Shown in pieces: positions 1-14,200 of a stretch of 64,000 nt of DNA (its first letter is position 1; every line of letters starts with the position of its first letter). The notes beneath the pieces were generated by a model, which worked only from the letters and a program-made list of their open reading frames with translations, had not been told where the DNA came from and made no database searches. The translations under genes and the position numbers were made by a program. The DNA comes from Phoronis australis (lineage: Eukaryota > Animalia > Phoronida), in assembly GCA_002633005.1 (NCBI GenBank), contig NMRA01000513.1:1-64000 (forward strand), written 5' to 3'.

Positions 1-1665
1 AATGGAGGGATGTTCAGTTTTGAACCCTTATCACTGAGTATCTTATTAATTAAAATCCTTTCATCAGCCATCACACAGCCCCCTTGTTCTTTTGCAGTCA
101 ACCCCGGTTTAGTAATAGCTAAATCTGATATTGAGCCAATGACGATACAAATTTAATGGAGCCAAGCGGTGCTATACCGACTAGGGCATTAAGGCCGTGA
201 ATAACATTTTAAGTTTGTCAGCAGTGAGCTTGGCCGTTGATTAAGTTAATTTAACCCAGGTCAATATTTTACTTTCAGTTGCTACAGAGCAATTGAAACG
301 TTCTGACAAGCTTTACTCCAGCAGTCCTGCCTGTAAGGCTACACAAAAACGAAAACAGTTCGTCAAGGGGACTAAGTGTGCACCCAGGTCTGTCAACTCT
401 GCTAATAACTTCCAGTTACAACAATTGGTTACACACTGTTCACATAATTGTATAATTATACAAGCGTGATTTTCTAGATCCCAAATGGCGAAATCTGTGC
501 GCCTTCTAGTTAATGAAAATTGTTATTCCATGGCCAGTTTGAACAATGTTGCTCTATATCGGAAAACATTGTACTGGGTTTTAGCTGATCTTATGGGGCC
601 AGTTGCTACAGGGAGAATTTCAAACACTAAGCAGCACACAAGAAAGGGGAAGAGCCATAGACAATGATAACGCAACACAGGCTTCGGTCGCCATCAGAAC
701 GAAACTTGTTTGGCAATTGACCGTGATGAAGTGCATCTTGTCAAAGATTTTATAGTTTGATCTTGTTTAGTACTTAACGGCATAGCCGGTGTCAAATACT
801 GATTGATATGTAGGGATTGAACCTTGACCTACGACCACACCATATGATTGCACTATCTAGCGTCCCACTGGCTGCAACAGGTGGAAAGTGTCGGGAACAT
901 CAGTCTAAACAAAGATGCCGTTTAACCAAAATTATGGCTACAATAAAATGGCCACTAAACGTTAACGCATGTCCAGCAAAGAATTTTGTTATCTTTGATG
1001 TACAAGACAGATTAGGGTTTGTGAAGAGTCGCGCTCTGTGTAAATAAGCGCCGAGTAGACTTTGACAGGACTTTCATCGATATTGTGACAACGATAACGA
1101 GGACGATTGAAATTGAAAAAGCACAATTATGGAGAAAGCTTTCACTTCTTCCTCTCCTGTTTACAAATTGTAAAATTTCTTATTTCTTAATATGAATTTT
1201 CATTTCTCCCACCGGAAATTGTTCTCGTAGCTATAAAGGAAACGCATGCGTAAGCAGATGCTTCGTGAATCTCGTGTTGTTGAAATTGAAAATGCATTTT
1301 GTTTACTGATTATTTATATCCTGTGGCAGACTTACATGCGGCGTAATGTTTTGGCGTAGAACATGCAAGACGATACAGTATTTTCTCCAGTTGCAGATAG
1401 TTTCGGCACTGACATATCATACTGTCTGTAGAAACGGTTTGTGCGCAGGACGTTTGCGGTAATTTAGTTTAATTTCATGTTTATTTTACATTACATCTCG
1501 TTTGCTTATGATATTCTTCTTCAAAGACAATGATATTGAAAATACACAAACCGTCGCGACTATGGGCCCGAACAGGAGTGAAAAACACGCAAGCAGTGGA
1601 AATTAGTTGAGTCCCTATCTGGACTGGATCATGCAACTGGGCACAGACTCGTTTAGCAGCGAGGA

Positions 1666-2650
1666 CATAGGCGGATTTAGGGAGGGGGCCCGGGCGCCCC
1701 CCCCCCCCTCTTGGTTGCCGCAAAAAAATAAAACAGCAAGAGCGTAGGGAAGTGTTGAGTTTATTAATTAACCCCGGTAATTAAAATTATACGGATGAAA
1801 CAACATTTAAATGTGTGCAGTTTTAGTGATTGGGGGGGCTCACATCCAATTTCAAGTGTCAAATTCGGAACACGGCTTATTCGTAACGGAACTATGGCTA
1901 AGTATAGGCTCTCCCGCGATATCCCAGGCGACCGGCAGTGGCGCTGCGCACTATTACTCCGTTTCCGTCGTCTGCTCCACTGTGCAATGAAGAAAATTTA
2001 CTTCATTTTTTAAAGAAAATGGAACCTGAGTGACGATGGAAAAATAGATCCCGCTGGTAAGATGTGAATTTTAATCGAAGCCTTAGTGAATCACACAGAA
2101 ATTCATAATTCTCTCTTTGTCGAACCTTAACTTAAGACGATTTCCAAAGCAATCCCGTCATTATTGCCAACACGAAAAACGGATTTGGTCATTTGGGCAT
2201 TTGAAGACTATACTAAATACAACAAATTTGTTAAGAACCGATCGCACAGAATATAAAACGTGTAATAAGCATTACAAAAAGAAGTAGGTTTCGCTCGCAA
2301 ACGCTGTGGACCTTAAACAAGTAGGTCTCTTAGTATACCATTAGTAGTTAAGTCGTGGTGGTGTAGTGGTAAAGCATGCGCGCTCTATTCGACAGGTTGT
2401 GAGTTCGAGTCTCTGTTATCTTGCAGATTTCCTGTTTGACACGTTCTCCGCCTTTTTTCTTGGATAATACTTTAGGAATCAAGGAAAATGCTTGATGTTT
2501 AGAGGAAAAAACAGAAAAAATTCCTGGGCATACCCCCATCCCGACCTCCCCCCATTCGGTACTATGCGCATCTACAATCGTGGTTTGCGCAAATGCTTAC
2601 AGCCGGACAAAATGTTGGGCCCCCCTTACGATATCCTAGATCCGCCACTG
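1666..2650 (+). mobile_element. Non-autonomous DNA transposon (MITE), hAT5-like, long copy
   Basis: Ends CATAGGCGGATTTAG ... CTAGATCCGCCACTG; exact 5-bp TSD gagga; body homologous to the inverted copy at 30432-31045. Confidence 0.85.
2352..2420 (+). repeat. tRNA-derived (SINE-head-like) sequence inside the MITE
   Basis: A-box TGGTGTAGTGG (2359-2369) and B-box GAGTTCGAGTC (2401-2411); no proper cloverleaf. Confidence 0.55.
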
Positions 2651-5600
2651 GAGGAAGTGTGGATTTGTTGACAGAATATGATTACAGACAGTAACCTTCG
2701 TGTGTTGTTTTGTACACCTCAAATATATTAGACATTGGGCGACAAATTACCATTTCGCGGTCATGACGTGTAATGACCCGTCATGACACTACTACCACTA
2801 ATACTAATTTTCAATATTCAAGCTGCCGTAAATATGAATTCCGCTCGCGCTCAGCCTTCATGACAATTATTCCCAGATCATTTTGTCTGATTATATTTGG
2901 CGTGTAATTTACACCAAATAAAACGGAAATTGAAAATGAACGAGTAACCGAAAAGCTTTTTAACTTCGTGATTTCTTTTAACTTCATAATTGCCTATACC
3001 GTTCTTGTATTGTTGAGGAAAAGGAAGATTATTGTACAAAGCTCACTCTATCTGAGTACAAAGTAAGCAACCTAGACATGTCAGCTAAAATGTGCGTTTG
3101 ATCTAAGAGACGTACGTGTAACGACAAGGCAACATAGCCACAACGACAGGGTTATTCGAGACATGTTCCTGTCGCCCGTTGAACTCTTTGATTCCTTAAT
3201 TCAAAGTTGATTTGGTATTTGGCGCTGGTAAAATATCCAATGGCTTCTACGACTTCATTAAACTTGTATCAGATTCGGTTAAAGAATTATGTAAAAAATA
3301 TCGGCTGCTGTTTTGACCACATTAATCCGTAGATTCAATGCCGCTAAATCATTTGACGTCATTGAATCTTGCCATCAATTCCAGAAATTTAAAACAATTT
3401 CATATAAACCGAAGAGCGAGATAAAGTTCTTCTGTGGGACATGTCAATCGGCTAGAACAGTAACAGCAATCACAGCATGATTTGCGGGTTTCTGCACAAC
3501 CTGCGTTTCAGTTTATTTGCCGAAGTCGCAGTCGCAGTCGCACTTGTAGTGAACGACTTCTTACACAGACAATAGAAAAAAATCGCCAAAATCGCCAAAC
3601 TGCAACCGAAGTTACGCAATCTATTCTTTCCGAATACATCAATTTACTGTGAGTTTGACTGCGTTCACATGTGGTCTGAAATAAACCTGGGTGGTAGATA
3701 ATTGGCCTACTTTCTGTCGTAACAGACAAAAGATTGTGCTTGGCAGTTAACAGAGAAGCTGGATGGTATTACACGCTATGAACCCCCTACGTCTGGTAAA
3801 GTCACTGAACGGGAACTGTCATGTGTTGAGCACTGGTGATACTGAGTTGTGAATTTGTTGAGGATATGGTCTTGTTGTTCTAGACTCGTGAATTGCAGTA
3901 CTGTGCAATGTAATGAAACGTAGACATGTACTCTAGAATGTATTTCTTCATGTCCTGTCGAATGGAACTTCATTGTTTTCTCATAATTTTACATGGTTTC
4001 TCAACTGCATTAAAATACTGGGTAGTACACTTGTCTTTTGAGAGCTTCAACATAAATTGAGTCAGATTATTTAACTAAAAAGATTTACAGATCTTGATTT
4101 TTGCAGTCTACTGACAATATACACACATCCTGAATGGAACAAACCTCCTAATTTTTGTTTCGTTTCCCTATGTGCCGTCCTTTGAACAAGAAAAAGACAT
4201 GCAAACAGTGTGCTAAATAAAATGCAAGGAAATGACCTTTTTATGTAACATTTTTCCTCAGCGGGTGGGGGAATCCCCCCTCCCCAAACCTCCCCCCCCA
4301 TCAGCGCTGCGCGCCTCAGATTTGCGCTTTGCACGACTTGTCAGTCTCACGAATTTGGACCCCCAATTTTCAAATCCTGGATGAGTCCCTGCTTAACAGT
4401 CAATGTCATCTTTGAATTCTTCTCGTGGAACAAAAAATCCAGTGAAATATACTATGCAGACTTACTATGCCTGACCACCTGACAGCTCAACAACAAGTGA
4501 AGAACGTTTATGCAGGCTGTAAAGGTGTTCACTTTTTTAATGAAGTTATGTAACTTTCACTGGAGTACTTGTCCTCTTTGGACAGATAACTCTTGCCAGA
4601 CGACTATGACGAATTTTTACAATAAGATTCCACAAAGCTAAATGTGAAATGTATGTTTGGAACAAGTATAAGGTCACGATCAGCACGGAGGACTTTGAGC
4701 AGGAACTAGGTAGCAGCTTAGCCTCGCTTTGGATTCCCTCTTAATATGCATGAGGTAATATGAAGAAAGGGCTATAATCCGTCACAAAAAGATTATAAAT
4801 GTACAAATAAAAACTAAGCTAACGATTTATACACCAAATTGTCTTATAATTAAATTTGAATTATGAAATCAGGTAATTTGGAGACGTGCTTTTTACATGG
4901 AGACACGTATGGAAAAACGTAACCAGTCGTGACCTACTTTTTGATTGTCCTTTTTTAGTGTCCAACCTAATTGAGTGGTGTCAGTGACTATCGAGGAAAA
5001 GATAAACTCAAGCTCCTGTGGTCGTAGATTTGAGAAGGGAAACAAAGTTAAGAGACTAAAAATAATTAACGCATGCGGCACGTAATGGTTAATTCATGCA
5101 AGTCAAAAATGGCACCTCATGGTAATGTCTAATGATCACACAAACGAATTCGCCATTTTGAAGTTTTTAATCGTCAATCTATATTTTCTAAAAAAGTTAC
5201 GTACTGAGTATAGACACACAAATTGAGTTTCAGGTACTAGATCAAGAGGGAAATAGCCACAGCAATCAACTGGTCACGTCTTCAACATCAAACTCGCGAG
5301 AATCGTTTAAATTCACATAAGATGTGAACGTTGACACGACTGCAGAACAGTGAAATAGTAGAGACCGCTGACGTCACACGCATGCTGGCGCTTCTAGTGG
5401 AGGTCATGAAAGGTGACTGATTTAGCCTGTCGCTAAGGGGCTCGAAGCAAAGAGAAAGTATAGGGGAATCTTGATCAGCACCTTAACCTACATGCCGCTG
5501 CTGTTTATGCTGTAAAATTAGCAACACCTTACAAGAGTTCATAAACCAGAAGTGTATGTTCCTAGTAAGTGACGTATTTTATGTGTGGAAATGAAATCTT

Positions 5601-6951
5601 ATTGTTGAACGTTGAACCAAAGCATTGTTTAAACCCCGTTCGTAACGATTAGTTGAAACTATTTGTGGGTTATATTGTGTATGAATAAAACCCGAGGTGG
5701 TTCGAAGAGTAAAGCACTTCTGTTCGGTATCTACTGGTGAGATACATGTAGTATAAGGATGTAACATATACCATGCAAGTGAACCTATTCGACCAATCAG
5801 AATGTGCGCCAAATATAAAACTAACCAATGGGGAAGATTAGCTAGGGCTGGGATGATTTGTAAATATATGTCAAGAGGCAACAATTAATAACTTTAAACT
5901 AAACATGTACTAAGCTAATTAACCCGTGAAAACCTGTCATAAACACATGCCAATATTCTCCCCGGGCGCGAAAATTGGTGAAAATAAGAGGAAAGATGAA
6001 AGCGCTCGGAAAAATGATCAACGCTGTGCGAGTGTAACCAGTCCAGGACCTACAGTAGGACCTAACGAAAATCTAGCTAACGTGTCTCAGTTGGAGTTCG
6101 GGCAAATATGAGTGAGTGATGATTGTCCTGGCCCATTTGACATCAGGCCGGGTGATATAGGACTCAGTATATATGAATCTATCTGAGATTAGAATACTGA
6201 AAATTAGTCCTTTACGTCAAAAATGCATAAAGAGCCTTAACAATTCACGTAATTTGTAGCTACCTATGTTGTTAGGATTAAACATTCTGTCAGACAATCA
6301 GAATAACTGAGAAGTTTTGTGCCTATACATATAGGCCCGTAGGAAGGAAAAAAAAATTGGGGGGCACGAACCAATTTCACTTCGCCAACCTACCCCCTTG
6401 CTCGCCACCCCCTCCGCGGCGTTCTCAAAATGTCACCATATTTGTACCGACACCTTCCCCCGCACGTCCGCCGTAGGTGGGGGTGAATACCGGGGATGCA
6501 ACCATCACGATTTGAGTTACCGTGAACCAACAAAGTTTCACGGAGAGTAAGAATGGGTCAAAGGCCAGCGCACTGACGGGAAGCTGAGAGCTTTCTGAAA
6601 TAATTATAGCTGGGTTCCAACAGTGGATTCGTACCTATCCCTCTGTTCTGGGTGGAAGGTCAATGTTCGTTTTATTGTGATACAAATTCGGGGTTTGAAA
6701 ATTTTAATTTATTATGGCCATTCTTTGAATTAATTTTTTTGGAAAGGTGATGTCCCGAGGTGCCTGGTATGAGTGCCATTATGGCCGTTTCAGAATCCCT
6801 AGATGAAACACTGCCGGTAGTCCAATTTGTTCTGGTTGCTGAAGGAAAAGATACAGAGTGTGTCTCAAAAATGTACACTCTTCACCGTTTGGAGTTCAAA
6901 TTCAGTTCCCGTAGGTAACTGGGATTCTACGCAGACCTACTATTCATGACT

Positions 6952-8083
6952 CAGTGGCGGATCTACGGGGGGGTTCAGGGGGTTTAAACGCCCCCCCCTC
7001 GGGCCAGGACCCAAAAATTAAAAAAAAACAAAAAAACAAAAGCGTCTCCAGCAAAACAAAAACAGCACCACCAGCGTGTGTAAACCCCAAGTAAACCAAC
7101 TTGGCAAATTTGAGCGGGGGGGGTTCACTCTGAAAATATAGTTTTTTGCATTGTGAATTGCTGAGTCTTTGTGGCTCATTGGCAAAACGCGCGGGGATTT
7201 ATTGTGCGCGCGCTTCCGTCGACACTTCTGAAGTAGCCAAGCATTTTAGATGGATTCACCGCTGAAAGAGCAGTTCTATAGCTGATTTCTTTAGGTAACA
7301 AGCTTCTTTACTCTAAGATATATTTTGATTTGATTAGGGGAAATACTGCGGTGCCGCAACCCTGATATTCAGGCGAATTGACGTGCAACGTTTTTACCNN
7401 NNNNNNNNNNNNNNNNNNNNNNNNNNNNNNNNNNNNNNNNNNNNNNNNNNNNNNNNNNNNNNNNNNNNNNNNNNNNNNNNNNNNNNNNNNNNNNNNNNNN
7501 NNNNNNNNNNNNNNNNNNNNNNNNNNNNNNNNNNNNNNNNNNNNNNNNNNNNNNNNNNNNNNNNNNNNNNNNNNNNNNNNNNNNNNNNNNNNNNNNNNNN
7601 NNNNNNNNNNNNNNNNNNNNNNNNNNNNNNNNNNNNNNNNNNNNNNNNNNNNNNNNNNNNNNNNNNNNNNNNNNNNNNNNNNNNNNNNNNNNNNNNNNNN
7701 NACACACCAAACTTTTTCGTATACGACTTTTCGTATGCTAAAAAGGTGTGTGTAAGCAGATGTTCCAGCAAAAATTTTTGCTGGTGGTGTGACTCATACC
7801 CAGATGTGCACAATATGGTTTCACGAAACTTATGTGCCAAGTTTATGTGACGAAATCGAGAACGGTTTTTAGTTATCTTAAGAAAAACTCCAGAGACATG
7901 TTAAGTGACAGAAACTTACCAGGATGCATGGAAATTTCACTATTTGGCTACAAAAACAAAAAATATCTTTCACGGGAGGGAAAACCCCCCTCCCGACCTC
8001 CCCCCGCTCGGCGCTACGCGCCTAGGATTCGACCTTGGCGGGAATCCTAAACCCCCCTTGCTGAAAACGTAGATCCGCCACTG
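6952..8083. mobile_element. Related MITE with symmetric TIRs spanning the assembly gap
   Basis: CAGTGGCGGATCTACG at 6952 and CGTAGATCCGCCACTG ending at 8083; no exact TSD, so the two ends may belong to different copies. Confidence 0.55.
7399..7701. other. Assembly gap (N run)
   Basis: 303 consecutive n. Confidence 1.
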
Positions 8084-8099
8084 AATGACCTGCTCCCTG

Positions 8100-8361
8100 C
8101 ATGCGCGCACCCATAGAGGGGCTCTGGGGACCTGCGAACGAGCCCTTCCCCCATTTGGTAAAATGCGCAAAAAGGTCCGCCTCAAAGACACAAAAAGTCC
8201 GAGAATAACGAAACAAAAAGCCACTAAGAGAGGAATTCGGCGTAAGCACAGTTCGTAGTCCCGAAATAGTGCCGTAATCCGTTTATTTCTCTTTTATTAG
8301 AAAAAGGTCCACATGCACAAAAATTCGAGTTTCCCTATATTTTAGGCTGGGTGCGCGCATG
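8100..8361. mobile_element. MITE with TIR CATGCGCGCACCCA; a partial relative lies at ~47940-48190
   Basis: Terminal inverted repeats; flanks ccctg/ccgtg (near 5-bp TSD); shared 3' body with the copy ending at 48190. Confidence 0.7.
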
Positions 8362-8888
8362 CCGTGTGTGTAGAATGCACGGGAAATGCAAGCGAACGAT
8401 ACCGTTTTGAAGAACAAAATTCAGTTCCTAAGCCAAGAAACAATTTACTGACATTTGAAACGTGAGAGCATTTTGGGACACTTTGTAGAGTTGTCCGAAA
8501 TTCATCAATTTCCTTGAAACTTATTTCAGATAGACAAAAATCATTTGATGTACTTTTATATTTGGGGATCTGATAATAGATCGAAATTTCCCAATGTCGG
8601 CCTTCTACTAATTCATGGAAGCATTGTCATTTCTTACAAGATTAGCTTGTAACTGCAAAAATCAGCTCTTAATCAGTCTATTTCATAGATACATAAACAT
8701 GTAAATCAGAAACCAACACTCAAATCCATGAACAATGTGTTTACCTTAATTTAAGGATTTAATTCCTGTTTGATCCCCTGTAAATCTTGTACCGAAGTCA
8801 AAAAGCAATGCATTTATTGTCATGTGAATTGTCAGTAATTGTTCGGAAGTCTCCAAACTTCATCAATGTCCTTGAGAATTATTTTAGA

Positions 8889-9077
8889 AGTTGTTTGGGT
8901 AGAATGTTTTGATGCTGCTGCGCTGTGTACAAATGTTTTGTCTTTTGTGGTGAATTTGGAATCCCAACTTCCCTCGTGAAAACTAGGCAGTATCGGATTT
9001 ACATGTATAGAGGTACAAAGGGATATTTCTCCGAACTGCTCCACCGAGAAAGTGTTCCGTCTGAAGTAGGACACCTT
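8889..9077 (+). repeat. Dispersed repeat, second diverged copy at ~48368-48560
   Basis: Colinear similarity from gttgtttgggt.gaatgt.ttgat.ctgctg to ccgtctgaa.t.ggacac. Confidence 0.75.
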
Positions 9078-9244
9078 AATTATGAAAGGCTATACATCAT
9101 TAACCTTGGAAAAGAGTGACATTTCATTCCAGCGTCGTGTAGTCACAACACTTCGCAGGAATTGACCTTCCTCAACATGAAAGTTGGTTGCACGATTTCA
9201 CAAAAAACAGGAAACTAGATGCAATCGTGTCCAACTTTGGGCCA

Positions 9245-9670
9245 TCTCTCCGTGAGTGGACCCTTAAGAATTTGTCAATAAAAACATAAAAAGGTGGCCA
9301 CTTGAATGTCACCAATGGCCTTCTTCAAGGGTGGGGCCCCTCACTATGAAAATATCTATATTTTTAAAAATGAAGAAATGTGCAGCAATTGATGATATCT
9401 GTCAGATCATCAATTTGTCTCAAGTGATATACAATTCGAGAAAAAAGCGACAGTTGTCTCCGTTATCGCTTGCCAGAGAGGGGTGTCTCGAAAAATGTGG
9501 TTTTGCACTCATAAAATTGACTAATCGAATTTAAAGTAAATCAATATGCTCTGCAAAGTAGATTCGTTTTACATTTTTTTTTCGATTTTTATAAATATAT
9601 GCATGAATTATTACGTGAACGTTTTCATATGCGTTTAGACAACCTGTGTTGCGAAACCGGCGACCACAGT
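9245..9670 (+). repeat. Dispersed repeat, second diverged copy at ~55765-56190
   Basis: Shared blocks such as gttgtctccgttatcgcttgccagagagg and tgcgtttagac.acctgtg. Confidence 0.8.
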
Positions 9671-11009
9671 AATGTGACGGGACGTTCGAAACTAGGCTCA
9701 TTGTTATTCTTATTTAGTTGCAAATGTTCAGTTATTCTTATGCTAATGTTGCGTCTCAGTGCGCCTTTTTTACGTGGGCATGCGGGCGCGACTGTATGTG
9801 TCGGGCACTTCCCTAGCGACAGACTTAGGATAAGGGTGTTTCCTTCCTTTGGCTTCATGAAAATTGATCGTTATCATGTGTAACTGAACTGAAACGTATG
9901 CCTGATGAGATGAAATACACATTTTTGATGTTCAGTGGTAAGACTTGCTCTATTACAGTAACAATGGCTGGGGTCCTCAAAAGGTAAATCATGCACTCTT
10001 GCAGAGTTGTTTCATGTTCTCTGGAATTTTCTCTCCTATCTGCATTTAGCAGTCTTTCTTTTCTCGACTGTTCCCGCCCCATGCGTAGGTCGGCTGCCAC
10101 GGTTTAATCATGATGCCTGAAAATTTTTTGGGGGGCCGNTCACTACGGCCCTGACATACTATGTCTTATCCAGCCTTTTAGTTAGGCAGGTAGGTGTAAT
10201 TCATATTCCAATTTGTAACCTGCAATGTTGCAAACTTTTGAGGAGCTTGAACACGAACCTTCTGACTTAGCAACCACAAAGCGCACAGCCAGCTTTAAAG
10301 CGACTATAAGCCTGACCCACTTTCCACCCTAAATTTTGTCAACTCACCAACCACAATTTGTAATAAGGTTGAAATCCAACCACCCAGATCTTTAAATTAT
10401 TCGTGAAATAGACATATTAAGTTACATTCTTTTACATAAATGTATTTTCGGTCTACACGGTTTTGTTAGCCTACAACAGTCCAGTAAACCCTATTTCAGT
10501 TAATCGCGGATTGGAAGCGGCTTTAATATTTAATGTAGGCCTACCATCAACACTAAGACAAATCAAACTGGTTTCAATAAGTATCAATTTGATGATCTGA
10601 ACACAGATACTATCATCCATCTTTGAAAGGTCAATTTCCATGTGATGACAGACACGGAACAACTTACTTAGAACTTTTTTACAGCATAATTTTGAATCAA
10701 GTGAGCCAGGACATGAAATCGGACTTTGAAAGGTTAACGTCGGTGTGATGACAGAAATTATGAACCTCACAAAGAATAAAGCATGGACAGCTTCAAATGC
10801 CAAAAGGGTAAAGGTTCAAGTTCATCAAAACCTCTTGACTCAGGCTCTCCTCTACATAGAAAAATTAAACCATATATTCACCAAATATGTCATAGGTTAA
10901 CGATGTACCTCGTGAACGTAACTAAACATTGTGTCTCGACTAGCATGGCCAAAATAGGCCCCCGCTTTCCGCTGAAATGATTTGACAGCCATGAAGTACG
11001 TCATCACAT

Positions 11010-11060
11010 TACTGGCCAATGAAAATCATACTGCCAGATAGCACGATATAAATAGCGCGT
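11010..11060 (+). promoter_or_regulatory. CCAAT box plus TATA box upstream of the OB-fold gene
   Basis: ggCCAATg near 11016 and TATAAATA at 11047-11054, about 55-60 nt before ATG 11108. Confidence 0.4.
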
Positions 11061-11107
11061 TTGATCGTAAACACACACAGACAATTATTGCTTTCAGAGA
11101 CACGAAG

Positions 11108-13159
11108 ATGACTACATGTATAAGCCAGCCAGTAATACGAAAAGAATTAAGGAAAGACTCATTTGTGCTTCTAACCACCACATATGAGACTGACACTGCG
11201 ATCAGGGTCCACAAAAAGGATTATCAGGTAAGTGCAGTTAATTTAATGTCGTACATACGCGAAATTAATGGCTGTAGACTAATGAAAACTAAGAACAATA
11301 GAGGATCATTGTGAAGATTTAAGTATTTGCCTTTAGTTTAGTTCATAAACTTAGTGATAAAACATTTGAAATACTTAAGTATTGTCAACCTTTAAGGACT
11401 ACTAGCAATGCGATTGCAAATGTCCTCCATCTAAAGTAAGATAATTGTAACTAATCGTACTGAACACTGCATAAGGTATATGACAGAGAGGTTTTGCAAA
11501 GAGACGTGAACGTAAACTATGGCACATTCATAATATCGCGTTATACGTGGCATTGGTTGCTGTCACGTGATCCATAGCCATTTGAGTATTTTACGCGACT
11601 ACGGAAGGTTTCGCTTTAGAAGCAATTACGTATCAGTCATTTACTTTCACGTTAGGCAGCTAAACTTGATTTAGTATTAACTCACCTCTTTTTAGCAACA
11701 CGTTTTAAAAAAATTGATGTCTGTTTTAAACTGCTATATCTTTTTCAGATTTTCGGAAACGTGGCGGCGTTTGAGGTACATGAAAACAAGGTTAAGGAAT
11801 TCCTTGCACCGCCATACATAACGGTAGAGGAATTGAAAACTTCTCCAAAAGAACGAAGATGCTCGTTCGCAGGAACTGTTTCAAAAGTGTCTTGATTTGA
11901 AAGAAGAACCGCATTACAAAAGAAAAACTGGCGCACTTGATAACAGTGCAGATATCGAGCTATGGGGAAATCGTGCAATTGCTACTGATATCGAAAAAGC
12001 CGACCAAGTGCGTGGAAGCGCACTTGAGGTAGACGTCTATGGCTCCAAAGTAACACTGAACTCAGTGACGGAAACAACTATTTTGGTAAGATATTCCAAA
12101 ATATGTAAAGGTACTAAACAAAAGAAATCTTAATACGATAAAAAGAGCTTAATTATTTTCCAATCATATAGAATCAACCAGTGAGAACGTGAAATACATG
12201 ATGTTCAGACAAAATCAAGAAAGAGGTAAACTGTAAAATTGTGTTGTAAATTGCAGATCGACGAAGAAAGTAGAGAGGAGAGCATACAAGTCATGGGCAT
12301 GAACAAAAGGTAAATATTATATGGTGAATTGCACAAAAACAACGTCCTAAAACCAATATGAAAATTTACGATCATACATGTTACAGGCTCGCCACAACGC
12401 ACACGCAATAAATGCCGCAAAATCTAGATCATAATGATTTCGTACATATATTTGGTATGGATAAGTAGAATATTGATGATAATACGTGTGCACTTTGAAA
12501 AACAATTCGAGGTACAACTGTATTTTGTGAAAATTGCTAAATAAATTTTAAGAAAAACGAACAATAATACAAACGTTTTCGATTGTTTATGTCACAGTCA
12601 TGTCCAGTAAAAACTCCCTTTTTACTCATTACTCATTTTAGATAGGAACCTGGAGATTTGACCAGTGTATACACCTACCTTAGTACAAAGCTGTGTTGAC
12701 ATCGTGTCATCTAGAGGGATAATCGGAAACAAGAGAACAATGTCTGGACGAACACACATGTTTTTAGCACGGTACATTTGTTTTGAAGTTCCTCTGCGTT
12801 TGTGAGTGACAAATTGTCCGTGTCAACATCGGAGTTCATAAATGTCCAAGCAAAGACCGTTTGTTGGCCAGAGCCACGCAATCTAACGACCTACATGTGC
12901 ATTGTGTCTAAAGAAAAGTGCACATAAGAAATTAAGATTTCTAGTTTGATCTCAAAATGCCACTATACAATTACGGTTTACAATATTTCTATAACGTTTG
13001 CGTTCTCTCGTTTGCAGCACCGTGATAACTACGGATCGCACCTACAAGATTGACAGCGAATGTCAACAGCCACAGGAGACGCCAAAATATTCCTACATCA
13101 TCTTCGCTACTATAACGAGAGGATTAAATACCGAGATGACGATCGTAGAAGAAAACTAA
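11108..13159 (+). pseudogene. Spliced RPA/SSB-like OB-fold protein gene, 4 exons join(11108..11227,11749..12085,12257..12309,13018..13159), interrupted by a +1 insertion near 11893
   Basis: GT-AG introns with compatible phases. Removing one T (TCTTGAT to TCTGAT) gives a continuous 216-aa frame containing ...CSFAGTVSKVSD...DIELWGNRA...QVRGSALEVDVYGSKVTLNSVTETTI, an OB-fold-like pattern. AATAAA overlaps the stop and recurs at 13207. The true N-terminus may lie upstream (an acceptor-like ctttcag precedes the ATG). Confidence 0.7.
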
Positions 13160-13289
13160 TAAAAAAACAAGCATTCTGCTATTTAATATTAAACGTTGTA
13201 GTGTTAAATAAAATGTGTTGTTAAACTATACACAGTTCGTTGATCTTTGTCTCTTCTGTTTTGTCATCGTTCATATTTTGGGACTAACA

Positions 13290-14200
13290 TGTTTTCGTTT
13301 AACGATCAATGGCTTCAAAAATTTTTAACTCTGCTGTTATAAGTACGGCGTTTTTAACGTCATTTTCTAAAACCAAAGGCGTTTCAACATATGAACACTT
13401 GACGAATCCCTGTCCGTTCCGGGCGTCCTGGTGTATATTTTAAAACGGGAAATTTACAATGGCCAAAATGAATGAACGTAAATTGCGGCGTGGGGACTGT
13501 CTGATGAATATTGTTTGAAAAAAGGTTTTGAGTTATTTGCTTTTAAATTTCAAAAACGTTCATTACATTGTTCTGTATTTCTTTGAAGTCTAAAATAAAC
13601 GGCATAATATGTGCACGCTATCAACGATCGCATACGTGTCGGGTCACTAGTAGTTAAAAATTTCAAACTTGTCTTCAGTTGGTAAAATTTGGGAATATCT
13701 CGCGTACACAAGTGTTTCACGGTACTGGGCATGGAAAATTGGATGGACTGGACGCGCACGTGATCTGTAAGTCTTTAGAGCACGGACAAACTGTATCGTA
13801 CTCCACATGAACATGACATTTGTTACTCCATGTGATGTTTTTAAAGTGCACTTAAGAGGTGTACATGTATTTGCGCAGTTCCAATTGCAAGAAATCGGGG
13901 ACTTAACGAATTCTCCTAAATCTCGTGTCTTGTGTCATAGTTTACACACACATTTCATCTGTTTCTGTCCGTGCATTGTTATTGGGATAGCTCTGCGATT
14001 TATGACATTTTCTAATAAATATAATAAAACGTTGATGAAAACGATTAGGAACGTAGTCCGTTAGTTTGGAGCGTTGTATGAAAAGGTCCCTAAACATTTT
14101 CGATAACATCGACAATTGGTATAAAAAGGAAACGTTAGGGACTGTTTCATACAACCGGACAAACGCTTCGTAATAGTATGAAGTACATGTAGTCTAGGCT
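13290..14200 (-). pseudogene. Decayed ORF of unknown function, convergent with the OB-fold gene
   Basis: One minus-strand frame reads as protein-like across ~900 nt with scattered stops (YYYEAFVRLYETVPNVSFLYQLSMLSKMFRDLF...PDFLQLELRKY...CPCSKDL...); the N-terminal part loosely resembles an F-box. Confidence 0.3.

Noticed and set aside
2352-2420. Functional tRNA gene (also 17309-17380 and ~51590-51650)
   Set aside because: A/B boxes are present, but acceptor and anticodon stems do not pair; treated as SINE-derived
7369-7850. ORF calls of 113-155 aa
   Set aside because: Artefacts of the N gap
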